A stretch of 63,815 bases of DNA, the filler included, from Reticulomyxa filosa (taxonomy: Eukaryota; Protista; Foraminifera): assembly GCA_000512085.1 (NCBI GenBank). It is 17 parts of 17 records of this genome, joined end to end, with 100 filler letters (N's around TTAATTAATTAA, not from the genome) between each part and the next. Parts side by side here need not be neighbours in the genome. Positions count along the whole stretch, not along the records: positions 12,514 to 16,380 come from ASPP01008301.1; positions 16,481 to 19,323 come from ASPP01026861.1; positions 19,424 to 21,103 come from ASPP01037724.1; positions 21,204 to 25,724 come from ASPP01025776.1; positions 25,825 to 33,322 come from ASPP01023506.1; 12 more parts are not named here. One strand, 5' to 3'. Positions 12,514-26,111 of this stretch are shown piece after piece. Position numbers and translations under genes: made by a program. The notes under the pieces were generated by a model. That model had not been told where the DNA came from, made no database searches, and worked only from the letters and a program-made list of their open reading frames with translations. Position 1 is the first letter of the stretch, and each line of letters begins with the position of its first letter.

Positions 12514-13477
12514 CCGGGATGCTGCTTCCATCCTTGACTATTGGAATACAATTGCAATGAGGGAGTCGTGTCTGTTCTGTTGCTATAAAAATAGACCATC
12601 ACCTTTACCATACGAGGGCCTTTGTTTTATTTGGCAATCACACTTTTGTTTTGACATGTAGCTATTAATTGGACAAACACAATGGGCAAAGTAGCTTATT
12701 AACCGACATCCACACTAGGCTGGGAGTACCAACCATGGCCCAATACTACACCGATGGCATTGCGACCAACAAAAAATAAGTCTGTGCAATCAAAAGTGTC
12801 ATAATAAACACGCTTTTCAAAAGTCGTAAAATAACCCAATACCGCATCACTAATGAGCTGCCCATTAACGTAAGCCTTGTAATAATTTGGTGAATTCACA
12901 TAACATCTGATCTTTTCATAGGGTTGCGTTAAGACAAACTCTGTTCGCAATTCATTTCCCTCGTTTCCCTGTGGCAAACCAATCCAAGATGCATCGCTCC
13001 ATTCGCTGCTATCCAATACACCTTTTTTTTTTTTTTTTTTTTTTTTGTATTATACACATATTTCCACTGAGCAAAAAAAATATTAAAATGCATTCATCAC
13101 TAAATACCAGTGCTAAAGTACGCAGTTTCAATATTTGATGGGTTCTGATTCATTGATCCCGACACTTGAATGGTCCACTTGTAATCAGTATGTGCTTCCA
13201 CCGTAAAGTTTGGTGAGAAAACTACGTGCGACGATATATTCGATATCACCTTTCCAGAATTCGCCACAACTGCATTTGTCGCCGCGTTGTACAAGATTAA
13301 TTCGTATGTTTGCTGAACGTCACCACGAACGTTCTCATTGTCAAGGGCCCAGTAAAAACGAGGGTTTGTTACGTCTATACCGACTGGATTTTCCATATAC
13401 TCCACTCGGAGTCGGTAGGGTTGCAAGCTGGAACCACACCAACTCAGTGCAAGGACGATAAGAGCAGTAAACAACAT
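12514..13477 (-). CDS. Secreted alpha-L-rhamnosidase-like (GH78) N-terminal region, 3'-truncated
   Basis: Signal peptide MLFTALIVLALSWCGSS, then LRVEYMENPVGIDVTNPRFYW, YYKAYVNGQLISDAVL, KRVYYDTFD and GRNAIGVVLGHGWY. Introns are present. Confidence 0.85.
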
Positions 13478-15687
13478 TTCAAGGCAGTGAGCAAGAAAGA
13501 GGGGAAAACACTAAGTGTGCGTAGCCCAGTGTAAAGAGTTTTTTACCACGTGTAACGAAAAAAAGTGTCTTAAATTTACTATGCCGACGTAGAGATCTTC
13601 AAATAATATCATAAATTTTTGGTGAAAGAGAACTATTGTACGTAAACAAGTGTTTACGAAAATTTTTATCCCATCAGACCAAGAAAAACTTTTTGAAGAA
13701 CAAAAACTTGATTTAAAATGACAAAAACACAACCCAAGAAAATAAATTATTATAGAAGTAAATTTCTATAGCGTAATACTAATATTAAATCAAAGTTAGT
13801 TATGACATAATCAAAAATTAAGAAAGTATTGAAGACCCATATTTCAAATGGAGAAAGTACAACAGTGACTAATCAGATATTCCTCAAATCGAAGTTGTTG
13901 AATTCAATCGAATACACTGTCCGTCCATAGTTATTGTACAATTACAATTCATCAATTTGTGATTATTACAATATCAAAGATAAATTCATTATCTGCATAT
14001 GCAGAATAAATATTACTATTTACTATACAGACATTATATATACTTTATACAAAAGAAAACATTATCAAAGAATTTTGTACATTACATAATAAGCAAAAAA
14101 AAAAAGTACATTCAAATATAAAATATAATGTACAAAAGGTTGAATGATATTTAAAACGACGATTAATGACATTCAAGAAAGTAAATTATTATCTATTTTA
14201 GATATTATAAATGCTAGAAAAATTACAGTTGCATGCCACATCAAAAGGAAAACAAAATGAATATCAAAGTATAATCATTCATTTGGAAATGAATCAAATC
14301 CTAATATTGTAGTAGAATAACTTAAAGATAATCTTATACAGAATCCAAAAATAAATTACTTTGAAACAACAATAAGTGAAAATTATAAAACTAAAGAACA
14401 AAAGTTATTTACCTACTTGTATTATCGAATAAAATACAAATAAAAGTTATATTATAACATTATAATATTTCCTTAATATCATAATTAAAGTTGTTTAATG
14501 ATATTCACAATAAATGAAATTATTGTATTTCTTTTTCGTATATAGAATATTATATTAATTTCCTAATTAATATCACATTCACTTATACACAAGTCTATAA
14601 TATTTACGTTAATTTAAAGTCTTCAACAACTACTTCTGATAAGTTGCAAGCAATATCTTACATTTATTCGCACAAATATTCATATTTACTTTATTGTAAT
14701 ATTAATTAATCATTTATTTCATTGATATTATTACTTATATTGATGTCTTTATCTAATGTCATCAACGAACATTCAATATTGAATTATTTGTGACAAATTA
14801 TATTCAATAATATTCACATGATAATAAAATATCATTCAACAATTTTATCTTAAGCTGAATTTAAATTCATATACTGTAATTAATTTCTCCAAGCATATCA
14901 TATACTTCATTTAACTGATAATACTTCTTACTAAGTATATTTCTATAATATGATTTCTACACAAACTTTTTACCATTAAATAATATCCAAACATTGAACA
15001 GATCACTGCACTCATTGAAGTAAATCAGCAATACGTTGCCAATCAATTCTTATAATATGACAAAATTTCATTTAGATAAAAATGTTTGTCAAATAGACAT
15101 TCGAACTGTACTCGTCACCGCCTTGTAACTGTCACTTAATAGTTCAATATTACTTTTGATATCTAAAGGTATTTGCTCAGAATTAAGTTGTGTTACTGCC
15201 AAAGAAAGCAGGCTCGAGTGTTTCTTTGCAAGTTTAGATTTCCAAGTATTTTTTTTTGCTTTGGGGTAACTGAACAACTACTTGTTGTTTGCTCGACACG
15301 TATTGTTAGATATGCACTAATTCTGACCCACACAACTGATGTCGCTGCCTTTTTGAAATTGATTCAAATACAATCAAATTTAGTCGAAAATTAAAACGTG
15401 TTCTATATATTGTCCGTCTTGTGTTAACGTCTTCTTTCTCACTATCCACTAAGAAAACAATTTAATTGATCTTTTTACAACCAAACTGAGTATGAAACTC
15501 ATTGTTGATATTATATAAACAAGAAAGAATTTAGAAAGTGGCTCGAATTTTCGATAAATAACAGTTAGTTTGAAAAGAGCAACAAAAACTACGTGTTTGA
15601 GGCTCCTTTAGAGAGATAATCTGTCGCAATTTTAATTGCTTGCAAGTCTCGTTTCTATTTGGAATATATCCAATCAACAAAAATATA

Positions 15688-16337
15688 ATGTCGAATGATG
15701 TCAGTTCGTCACATAATGACCAAAGTGAAACTTGTGAAGAGCACTTGTCAAATTGTCGTACGGTAGAAATTTGCAATTTAAGCCCCGACTTAAATTCGTC
15801 TCATTTACATGAAGTATTTGGCGTTGTTGGAGAAATTGAGCGATTGATCATCAAGTGTCTATTCGGAAGAGGTCCAGTTTGTATCATTCGCTATGCACAG
15901 CCAGAGATGGCGAAAGCAGCACAAATGTTGAATGATCAAGAGTTTTACGGAAACCGTTTGAAAATAACGCCTATTGACGATTCTATTTGGGAATGTTACC
16001 CACAAGTATAACGCAGCAAACTTTTAAATTTTTAAAATAATCTTAACACGGGAAACCGCGTCAATGTACTTTTGCAAAAAAAGTGTCAAATGAATTTTTT
16101 TTTCTCCCCCCCCCCCTTTAATTTTTTTTTTTTGGTTGATGTGATGATCGCAAAGGAAAAAGAAATCACAGTGGAGACAGCAGGACAAGCGACTAATAAA
16201 GAAAGCAAGTCGACAGTGGGAATGGAAATTGAAAGAGCAGCGGAAGCCTTGTCAATAAATCCAAGAGACGCACAAAACATGGAAAAAGGAGACACAATTG
16301 GACCAGTGAATGGCACTGGTTTGGGACTGGGACTTGG

Positions 16338-16380
<43 letters not shown>
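15688..16380 (+). CDS. RRM-domain protein, probably continuing into a poly-Gln exon, truncated
   Basis: RTVEICNLSPDLNSSHLHEVFGVVGEI...CIIRYAQPEMAKAAQMLNDQEFYGNRLKI fits an RRM. The downstream ORF ends in (CAA)n at the gap. Confidence 0.65.
16339..16380 (+). repeat. (CAA)14 microsatellite / poly-Gln
   Basis: Direct reading; runs into the contig end. Confidence 0.95.
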
Positions 16381-16480
16381 NNNNNNNNNNNNNNNNNNNN
16401 NNNNNNNNNNNNNNNNNNNNNNNNTTAATTAATTAANNNNNNNNNNNNNNNNNNNNNNNNNNNNNNNNNNNNNNNNNNNN

Positions 16481-16806
16481 TTGTCATTTTTGTTTTCCTC
16501 TGGTGTCATCCCTTCTATCACTCCATTCATTGTTCTATATACTTGATCTTCTTCCTCTTTGTTGCTGTCGTCATTTGTTATCCCTTGGAAAGTACTTTGT
16601 GTCGGCATTTCTATCCCTTTGTCCGACATTGCGCTGCTCCATGGCGACAGCTGACTTGGTGTTGAACGCGTTGAACCTCCTTCCAATTTCTCTCCCATAT
16701 ATTCCCCTCCTTCTTTCAATCGTATGCTCAGATTTGAACCTTGCTTACGTGCTGAACGAGCACTCGTTCGCACAAAATATGGGCTTGCTGACGACTTCCC
16801 GTTCAT
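16481..16806 (-). CDS. N-terminus of unknown Ser-rich protein, truncated
   Basis: Open ORF MNGKSSASPYFVRT... running into the gap, with higher GC than its flanks. No recognisable motif. Confidence 0.4.
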
Positions 16807-19800
16807 TTTGAAAGATATCTTTGTCTTGGTTGTTGTTTTTGTTTTTGTTTTTTTGAACACTTAATCAAATTGACAATTCTTTTGTTTAATTGAAATCAAA
16901 ACCCTTGCAAAAGTATTATCTGTTCATTTTTTTTTGTAGCAAAACTGTTTCTTTAAAAGTCAACAAGTATATTAAAAAAAATTAAAAAATGGATACCACA
17001 AATCTCAACAAGTGAGCATTCCAAGAATTAATCTTTCAAAATAACCTCAGTAACTTTGGTTATTTATTATAATGCTTAGCTCAGTCGGGCAGTTCCGACC
17101 CTGCTGGAGAACACTCTGCTCTTATTTGTCGCTGTACATATTATCAAAGTGAATCAAGTGCTTCCATATATCGCACTTGTTGACATTAACTGAAATGTGA
17201 CAAAAAGAATTATTTTTACTGATATTTGTTCATGTTCTAAATAAAGTGTTCATTTTCAACACTTTGAACCATGAACAAAAAGTAAAAGCAAGAGCAAAAA
17301 AACTGCAAGAACAAATAAGTGCAAAAGACGATAATGTCCAGTTTAGCACTTGGAATTCGGACAGTACAACGTACTATCAATGAATGCAACAAATTGTTCT
17401 TGTTTTTTCCATCGACTGTTAATGACAATGGCAAATAATATTTGACTGTGATGGCACATTCCTTACAACGAGCTATACATTGTCAAATTTTAAGATTTGA
17501 CAATATGGCATAAGTGATCAACTGTCAATTGATAGAACAGCTGCAAAGATTAATAATGGTAAAACTATGCAATTCTATTATCTTCACAAACACACAAATT
17601 AGATTAAATTGTTAAGTGTTAAACATATAAAAAAAATTAGTAGAAGGCTGTACTAGAATCCAATTCACCGATTTGAAAGACTTTACATATTGCACACTTA
17701 CTAACGCATTGCCCCAGCTAACGTATATATTATAGCAAACTATGTGCCAAGAGATTTGTGACTATACCAATTGCATTATATTGTAACATTGAGCGGAAAC
17801 TACAACACTCTGGTCGCAGCCCCTTGACATAACACAATTTGCATGTTTTCAGCATGCACCACTCCCAGTACCCCACTGGCGTCTCTAACATTGCATTGCC
17901 TGAGCCTGGCTGACCCAACATGCAACTCTCTCGGTGATGGCTTTACCCATAAGTTACGCCCCTTCCATTTCAATTTAAAATTAAAAACAACAAAGTCAAA
18001 CATATAATCAACATACATAATGGATTAAAATAAATGTTCTTCTTTGCACAGCCAAATGATGAGTCCATAATGAAAATAATTTGTAATGTTATCAATAGTT
18101 GTTCATGCTTTGTTCAATTTTGCGATAATCATTGGCAGCAATGTCATTTTGAATAAAAAAACACTAATGTAAATGCCATTTGATCTAAAATGTTGGTTGT
18201 ACGTATTAATTGCATTTCTATTTCGATCGCTACAATAATTATAAATAACAATTATAATAAACACAATTTGAGCGCAACCTGTAAATCATTTATTATAGTT
18301 ACTATAATTGTTAACAACTAATACCAATTTGAAAAAAACTTCACATCATAATCAACGATCGCAAATGATGATACAATTGAAAACAGCTACTGTAATTTTA
18401 CGATAATCGATACCATTGCAAGTGCAGTCCCAAATACAAATAATCGCATTTTTCAATCTATTAGAAATTATTATAACTCGGAGCAACGTTATCATCATAA
18501 CCGTTCGAGTTGCTATCAAATTTGTTTTGTTTAATTTTGCCATAATGTGTCGCAATATTATATTGGACTGACCAAGGCAAAACACCATGAAAGATTATTA
18601 AATAAAAATCCGATATTTCCGTTCGGAGAAAAATACCCAACATTTTATTATCAGCGTGCTCCAATTTTTTTTCGGTGTTTCCACATCAACTGCCAAAACT
18701 CCGACTAATTTGTTAATTCGACTTGACACAAGCTATAAAACATTGAACATAAAAAATTATCAATCAAATTAAAAATCAACATAATATCACAAAGAATGCA
18801 CTTGTAATTGGAATTTCTACTATCAACAATATCGTCTTTTTCTTTATTTCACTACCTGAACAACTCAATCGTTTTTTTTTTATGCAGTCCACATTGGAGC
18901 ATAAGTTAATAACGTAAGTTATCAGTCTATTTAACATTTTTTATCATATAAATATTTTTTTCATATTCACAAAAAGCGATTTTTTTTTGATTTTTTTTTA
19001 AATACCAATACATACCATGAACGGACATTCGTTGGCTTACTTAAAAAACGTTCGTCATGTTTCTTGGGAACAATTTTGCTGATTCAATCACTTGGACAAC
19101 CTTGACTAATTTACGACCAAAGAACCTGCGAGTTTGCCAATCTTGGTCTTTCTTTTTCATCATGTCCACTTGTTCCTGCAAATTTGTCTGTTTTTCCAAG
19201 TCCGAGCCAAAAAAAAAAAAACAGTGCACAAATCATTTTCTTGTCAGATTCAACTGAAACAATGACAAACATTTTATTATTATACCTCCAAAGGAATAAA
19301 GAAATGAAGAGACAACAAACAAGNNNNNNNNNNNNNNNNNNNNNNNNNNNNNNNNNNNNNNNNNNNNTTAATTAATTAANNNNNNNNNNNNNNNNNNNNN
19401 NNNNNNNNNNNNNNNNNNNNNNNGAACACAAGAAAAAATATATTTACCTGTAAAAATAGAATTCAAACTTCATCTAAATTTTTTTTCAACTGTTACAAAC
19501 ACTCAACATCATATTTTTGTTTTGTGTGTGGAGGAGGGGGGACGAAAGAATATACAAATATTTTTTTCTTTGTGAGTGGGAATTCCTATTTATGATTACA
19601 CACAATCACATTATCTTAACAAAAGAAAGATAAACATATATAGAATATAACAAACCATTATTCCTTATTTTGCACACCGGACGGCCTTCGACCACAATAT
19701 TTTGTTTTGTGTGGATTGCGTACATGTAACTATTTCTGGCGGGGGACTCCTGTGCACAAACACAAAGCACATTGACACATTTATATATATATAAAAAGAT

Positions 19801-20030
19801 ATAACAAACCATTTATACTCCTTTCGGAGACTGGGTTATCTTCTTCTTGTTGTCATTGGATCATCGTTGGGCGCCTTGTCTATATTTTTTTTCAATAATG
19901 TATATACATCACCAAGGTTATACGTTGTTTTTGTGTGTAATTCTATATATAAAAAAAAGTGTACATATACTTATGTCATGTAAATTGTTGATACATACTA
20001 ATTGATCGTATCATAGTTTAGTGTGCTTAC

Positions 20031-20997
20031 CTATTGTTTGTTGCTGCAGGCGCGGACATCATTGTGGATCGGCCATTTATCGTCCATTTGCGGACCATTG
20101 TTGGCGGATATGGGTTCAACATTGAGTTCCCATCCGATTAAACTATGGCCAAGTGGAGCATAATACCAGCTAATTACTCCCTTCCAACAATTACTGCAAG
20201 TTCTTCCACTTGGACGAACAATTACCTGGTGCATTAGTGCGCATGGATACATAATATCTCATTCACACCTGGCTCGTCATAAGCCAACATGCTGCCAGGA
20301 CTATTGAAACAATCCAAGCTATAACTCACAATACCAACAGCACCAACGGTCCAACTACTAGTGCGCGCGTTGTCTTGGCTGTTGTCGCCTTTTTGGACTT
20401 TGTCAAGTGTCCAAGCACAATGTTTTGCACAAACCATTCAATGTCTATTTATATTTTATATTTGTATATGTCTATATAAATTTAAAAAAAATTTTCATAC
20501 ATCTATCAATCTTTTTTTTGGTTATTTATTTTTTTAATTGAAAAAAAGATTCACAAATTAGCTGAAAGTTGCACCACGTAATATCCAATGCTCCACTCAT
20601 TATTTTTGCAAATCCTGTCGTACCCACAAATTTGACCGTCCATATTTATGATCAAGATTTGTATTATAGTAATTGACATTAGAGTTGGTGTGATTGTTGG
20701 TGTGATTGTTGGTATGATTGTTGGTGTAATAGTTGGCGCGATATTTTGTTTGATAGTTGGAGTGATCACATGTGAAATTGTTAATGTAATTGTTGATTTG
20801 ATATTGATTGTGCTGGTGAGAAGTGGCCTTGCTTTGAATTGCGGAATTGTAACAGCCAACTTTGAAGCAAATGACATGCGCCATTCGGGAGTAAATATTG
20901 AAAAGCGTGGTCAACATCCAACGCCAGCACTAGAGAACTCCAACCTCACCAAGAAAAGAAAAAGAGCCCTTACAACTATCCAACGCACAATATCCAT
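20031..20997 (-). pseudogene. Disrupted secreted protein: signal peptide, Thr-Pro linker, possible actinoporin-like domain
   Basis: MDIVRWIVVRALFLFLVRLEFSSAGVGC[TGA]PRF..., ITPT repeats and LDKVQKG...ARTSSWTVGAVGIVSYSL. There is an in-frame stop and an apparent frameshift near 20240. Confidence 0.4.
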
Positions 20998-21203
20998 AAA
21001 AAAGAAGTTTGTAATTTAAATTATAATGGTCATATTTTATCAAAATAACATCTTTGATTAAAATATTTTATAAAAAAACTTATCAATATTTTTTTTTACG
21101 ATANNNNNNNNNNNNNNNNNNNNNNNNNNNNNNNNNNNNNNNNNNNNTTAATTAATTAANNNNNNNNNNNNNNNNNNNNNNNNNNNNNNNNNNNNNNNNN
21201 NNN

Positions 21204-22404
21204 TGATGATGATGATGATAACGAAGAGGAAGATTTGGAGCCTGATTTATCAGTTGCATTTAATCTTGAATTACAATTAAATCGTGGAAGCCGATGATTG
21301 ATATCATAACTATGACACAGAATCGCAAGTTTTTCTTCTTCTGTCAATACATTCTTCATTGAACATACATTATTTACAAAATATTTCATATCCATCAAAG
21401 GAAATCGAATGTATTCAATTACCAAACGTATATATTCTTCCCAATTGGTATCTATAAATACAAAATAATAGGAATATATAAATATATACATATAATTATA
21501 ATATAAAAGATATAATCTCAACTTGTTTGTTCATTTGTATCAATAAAAGATGGAGAATAAGTAAGTGATAAAGATGTTGTTGTTTGATTAGATTGTTGTT
21601 TTTTTGATGCTTGATATTGTGACCATTTAACACATTGTTGAAAGATAAGTTCTTCTTTGATATCAATATTATCTTGTGAAATAAAGGCAATAATCATTTC
21701 TAGAGGCAAAAATATAAAATAATCAGAAGCAATAATTTGTGCAGCACAATTCATTTGAAGAATTTTACATTGCATAAATAATAAATTTAATTCATCTTGT
21801 AATCCATAATCATATATTCGCATCAAAATTTGTAATAATTTATTAATATTTTTGGGATTATTTCCAATTGATTCAATTATAAATGTTATCACACTTTGAG
21901 TAAGATGATGTATTAAATATTTTTTACTAATATATAAAATATCAACACAATTTGATTCTGTTAATTTAGGATTTAATCCATAAATCATTGATAATAAAAA
22001 TTCAAATGTTATTTTAGATATATCTTCAATTTGGACATATTTTTTTTATTTTTTATTATTTCTTCTTCATCTAATGATTGTATATTTTTTTCTTTGGATA
22101 AATAAGATGATGGTTGAGATTCTGACATTGCACCAAATAACATTTTTTCAAATACTTTACTATGAATTGCAAATAATGATCCTATTACATGATATTGTCG
22201 AATTCCACCATTGTTATCATTTCCTATTACAAATACTGAATCACATATTTCGCTTATACTTTCATGTGTTTGATCTGCAACACTTTGTACAGTTTTTGTT
22301 AGCCAGTGTTGTAACCCAGTAAAATGTGAACAAGATTGTTGCAACAAATTGTCCTCTGAGTTTTTTTCAGCAGTTATTGGATCTTTTTTTTCTTCCATTA
22401 TCAA
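21204..22404 (-). CDS. BTB/POZ-BACK domain protein, 3'-truncated
   Basis: CDSVFVIG...FAIHSKVFEKMLFGAMSES, NCVDILYISKKYLI, KEELIFQQCVKWS and EYIRFPLM. One frameshift falls in a poly-T tract near 22040-22060. Confidence 0.88.
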
Positions 22405-24956
22405 TCATGTAGTTCTCATATACTTCCCTTTTAACAAATTTTTTTTTTAGAACTTCATCTTTATCAATTTTGGTATCCAAACACAATTTTCATTACTTCA
22501 TTTTAATTTTTTTTTGTTTAACTCTTTCTTTTTGGCGATCTTTCAATAATCTGTATGTCCAAAAATATTTTTTTTTTTGACAAGTAGAAGTTATTATATT
22601 ATTGAACAAAAAAATAAATTTATTCTATCAAAGATATTTCAATTCTATTTTGTGTATTGTGTTTATAATATAAAAAAGAAACATTCATTTGAGAGAAACA
22701 ATAGTTTAAAGAATTGTTATTGAACGACAACAACAAAGTTTGAAGAAAGTCCCTTTTCTCGTTTAGCAACAGTTGTTGCAGACAAAAGCTTTTTCTTTGA
22801 TTTTTTTGTTTTATCTTAGTTTACTCTCACGTCTTTTCAACGTAAATTTCTATCTTTTTTTTTAATGAGAATATAGAACACTGGTAGTACAAATTTTGTT
22901 AACGACTTGCAAGAGTGATATGAAAAAACAAATGTATTTTCACCTAGCAAGTCAATAGTTTTCTTTTTGCAGCTGTTCATGTCTATTAAAAGCATGTTCG
23001 TATGAGTACAAATTGTTCATAATCTATTCAAGCAAAAAAAAAAAAAAAAAGGACAAAATATTTGTCGTTGATCTTATAACTTTGTTGGTGTAGTTATAAG
23101 ACAGCTAAAAGTAGCTGACTTCAGAGGTATCAAAGTGTATCTATCTTCTTCTTTTTATTTTTTAAAATAAAAATAATAAACTTAAAATTATAGGTTGGCA
23201 GGTGCTGGAGAGTACGGGATCCCGAAATCCAGCACAAAGAATAAGAAGCAGCTGCAGAAATACATTGCATCACACATGCAAAAGAGGGACAATGAGCTTA
23301 AGCCGGAAAAAAAAGCTCATATGTCTCCGAGAAGTGGCTCCACGAATACATTGCAATGGGACAAGCAGTTCCATTATGCTAGAAAAGAAAGGAAATGTGG
23401 ACCACAAAAAGCATGTGGCAAGGAACCTGGGGGAGTAAGGGGCCCTGAAACCCCAAGGTTCAAAGAATGCATGTATTTCGACATGCGCGAGCGCAAGATC
23501 TGGTCAGGCGACCTAGATTTTGCCATTGTGGAATGACATCTAGAGAGGCCAGCCGGACCATGGGTGACAGCGTTGCGAGACCCATTGGTTGTGAGGAATA
23601 GATGTCACCACCATTCGCATGTCAAGAAAAACGACAATAACACCATCAAATTTTGTTTTGTTTTTGATTGTTTGGACTTCTTTTTTTTTATTTTTTTTTT
23701 TTTTAGTGTGACTTTTGTTTGTCGCGTGCGTTCATAATCACCATTTATTTGTTGCGTGCTTGTTTGAATCATCCTTTTTTATCGCGTGCTTTTTTCTTAC
23801 CACATTTTTATATTGCAAATTGTAAAGAGCACTTTTTTTATTTGTCATTGTTTTATGAAAAATGCTTTGTTGCGTGTGAAAGAACTCCCGTTTATCGCGT
23901 ATGAAAGATTTCGTATTTGTCGCGTGTCAACAAGTTGCTGTTCATCGTGTATGAAGAAATCGAGTGTCTGTTTTTTAACTCTCTTTTTTTTTTTTATCGT
24001 GTGTTGCGCTTTTATCACTCTTTTTTTATCTAATGACTCTTTTTTTTTTTATCGCGTGTGCGTGTTGCGAATGTGCTCTTTACATTGCTTTATAATTATT
24101 GCAATAAATTTACTTTGCTTGGAAGACAGTACAAATTTTGTCCACGATTTGGTAAGTATGTTTTTCATAATCGGATTTCGTGGTCTTTTCAATCCAAACA
24201 AAGTAAAAAATAATTCACTATTTTGGCATCCGTTGGTTTAAAAAAATAGTCTCTTTCTCTTGTCACAAGAAAGATGAAGACGAGATATGAAAATGTAGAA
24301 AGAGTGCAAAACTGCACTAAAATTGTGATATTCATAGAGCGAATTTTTCACTTAAATAAGAATGTAAGGTTTTTGGAGAAAAAGGGTTTTCACGTTTTGC
24401 AAGTCAATTGTTCGGCTTTAAAAATGATTTTTCAAATTGTTATACTTTAATGAAATATTTCAATGTACTGACCCCTGATGGTATGTTAAAAATTATTTTC
24501 TTCATTCAACGATCTTGTCTATTAATCTGAGTAAGACTATACAGGCGACTTCTGTATTTGTATATAATGCTTTTCTCCATAAGTTGGTCCTTACAGCTTT
24601 GAAAAGAAGCATGATAGTTGTCCAAAGATTCAATTCAAGACTTAATTTTTCAACGCAATTGATATGGTAATCATTTGTTAACAATGAAAAAATTCGATTC
24701 TTAATCAAATATTTATATAATCCTTTTTTTGAAATAATTATTTTCGAAACCATTTCTCGAAGTTGTTTGTTTTTCAACAAATCAGTTTTGTTTTTGTCAC
24801 TACGTTTTACGTCGTTTGAATTTCTATAAGACTAAATTGGTTGCATACTTTTCATTTCTAGTTCAATTGTGTAATTCATTTTTTTAAATTATGTATTAAT
24901 GACATTGTGAATGGTTATGTAATCAATACTACTTTTTTTTTTTTTTTTTGCAATAA

Positions 24957-25724
24957 TTAAGTAAATCGAAGAAATGAAAAGATACAAAATATTGTACACA
25001 TTGAAAAAAGAGGACAATTATTAGTGTATCCAAAATACCCAAATTGTAAAACAACATTAAATTTATTTTTAAGGATATCATAAGAGCTATAATTTGGAAT
25101 ATGCAGCGAGTAGCTACAAGTACTAGCTTCAGGCAAAAATTTGGAAGCATGTTCATCTAATTCCAATGTATCAATCGACCATTGTTGGTGGTCGTTGTTG
25201 GAATGGTCATTTTTACTGAATCCGTATAACGGCAAACTACAAGTACCACTCCAAAACAATAGCAAATGTTTTAAACCTTCTTTGTTTAATGATTTTACAT
25301 ATGTCCAGAACCATTGGATCACTTTGTCATCCTTCGAATACTCCACATACTTTTGCCACTCTTCAATATCAATACAAACAAAAAAAAGACACCACCATAT
25401 ACACATATACACATATACATATAAACATACATATATATATTTAACTCGTCGGAACCAGTCAAAGCATGTAGTAAATTATCAACAGATAGAAATTTATGAA
25501 CAACGGAGCAAGGTAACAAACTCCAAAACCCCTTTTGCAGACTCTGCAATTGCGTAGTAATGTTTAGAGTCAGTCTGTGTTTTGTGTATAAATAGATGTA
25601 GCGTGCTTTGTTTTCGTTTGTCAATTCGATTTGATCGCCGTGTTCACATAGCAAGATCTCACTCTTGGAGACATCGTCATAAATAACAAAATACAGTCCA
25701 TATGTTTGATGCGTTTCAGATCCT
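24957..25724 (-). CDS. HECT E3 ubiquitin ligase, C-terminal part
   Basis: IELTNENKARYI, IDIEEWQKY, VIQWFW, LLLFWSGTCSLP, LPEASTC (catalytic Cys) and LHIPNYSSYDILKNK. Confidence 0.92.
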
Positions 25725-25824
25725 NNNNNNNNNNNNNNNNNNNNNNNNNNNNNNNNNNNNNNNNNNNNTTAATTAATTAANNNNNNNNNNNNNNNNNNNN
25801 NNNNNNNNNNNNNNNNNNNNNNNN

Positions 25825-25862
<38 letters not shown>

Positions 25863-26111
25863 AATTATTGTTTGCAAATTTTTCTGTGTTCTAAGTGTGT
25901 TGCAGCTTCATATGTATTGGGCATGTAATTGTATACACACACCAAAAAAAAACTGTCTCGTGTTCGTCGATGTTTTTTGACAAGTGTGCTCAAAGGGGCT
26001 AAGCCAACGAAAATACACAAATATACAAATACACAAATACATGACACACGATATGCAACACAAATGAAAGCATTGATCACCAACTCAGAGGAAAGTGGAA
26101 AGGGGTAAACA

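Noticed and set aside
13850-15100. Possible decayed reverse transcriptase (minus-strand YSAYADNE near 13990-14010)
   Set aside because: Only one weak YADD-like match in very AT-rich DNA, with no other RT motifs found in order.
17237-19323. Short ORFs in contig 4
   Set aside because: No coherent exon chain or recognisable motif; no call can be supported.
22030-22070. Frameshift in the BTB gene as programmed frameshifting or pseudogenisation
   Set aside because: It falls in a homopolymer tract and the rest of the gene is intact, so a sequencing indel is the most likely cause.
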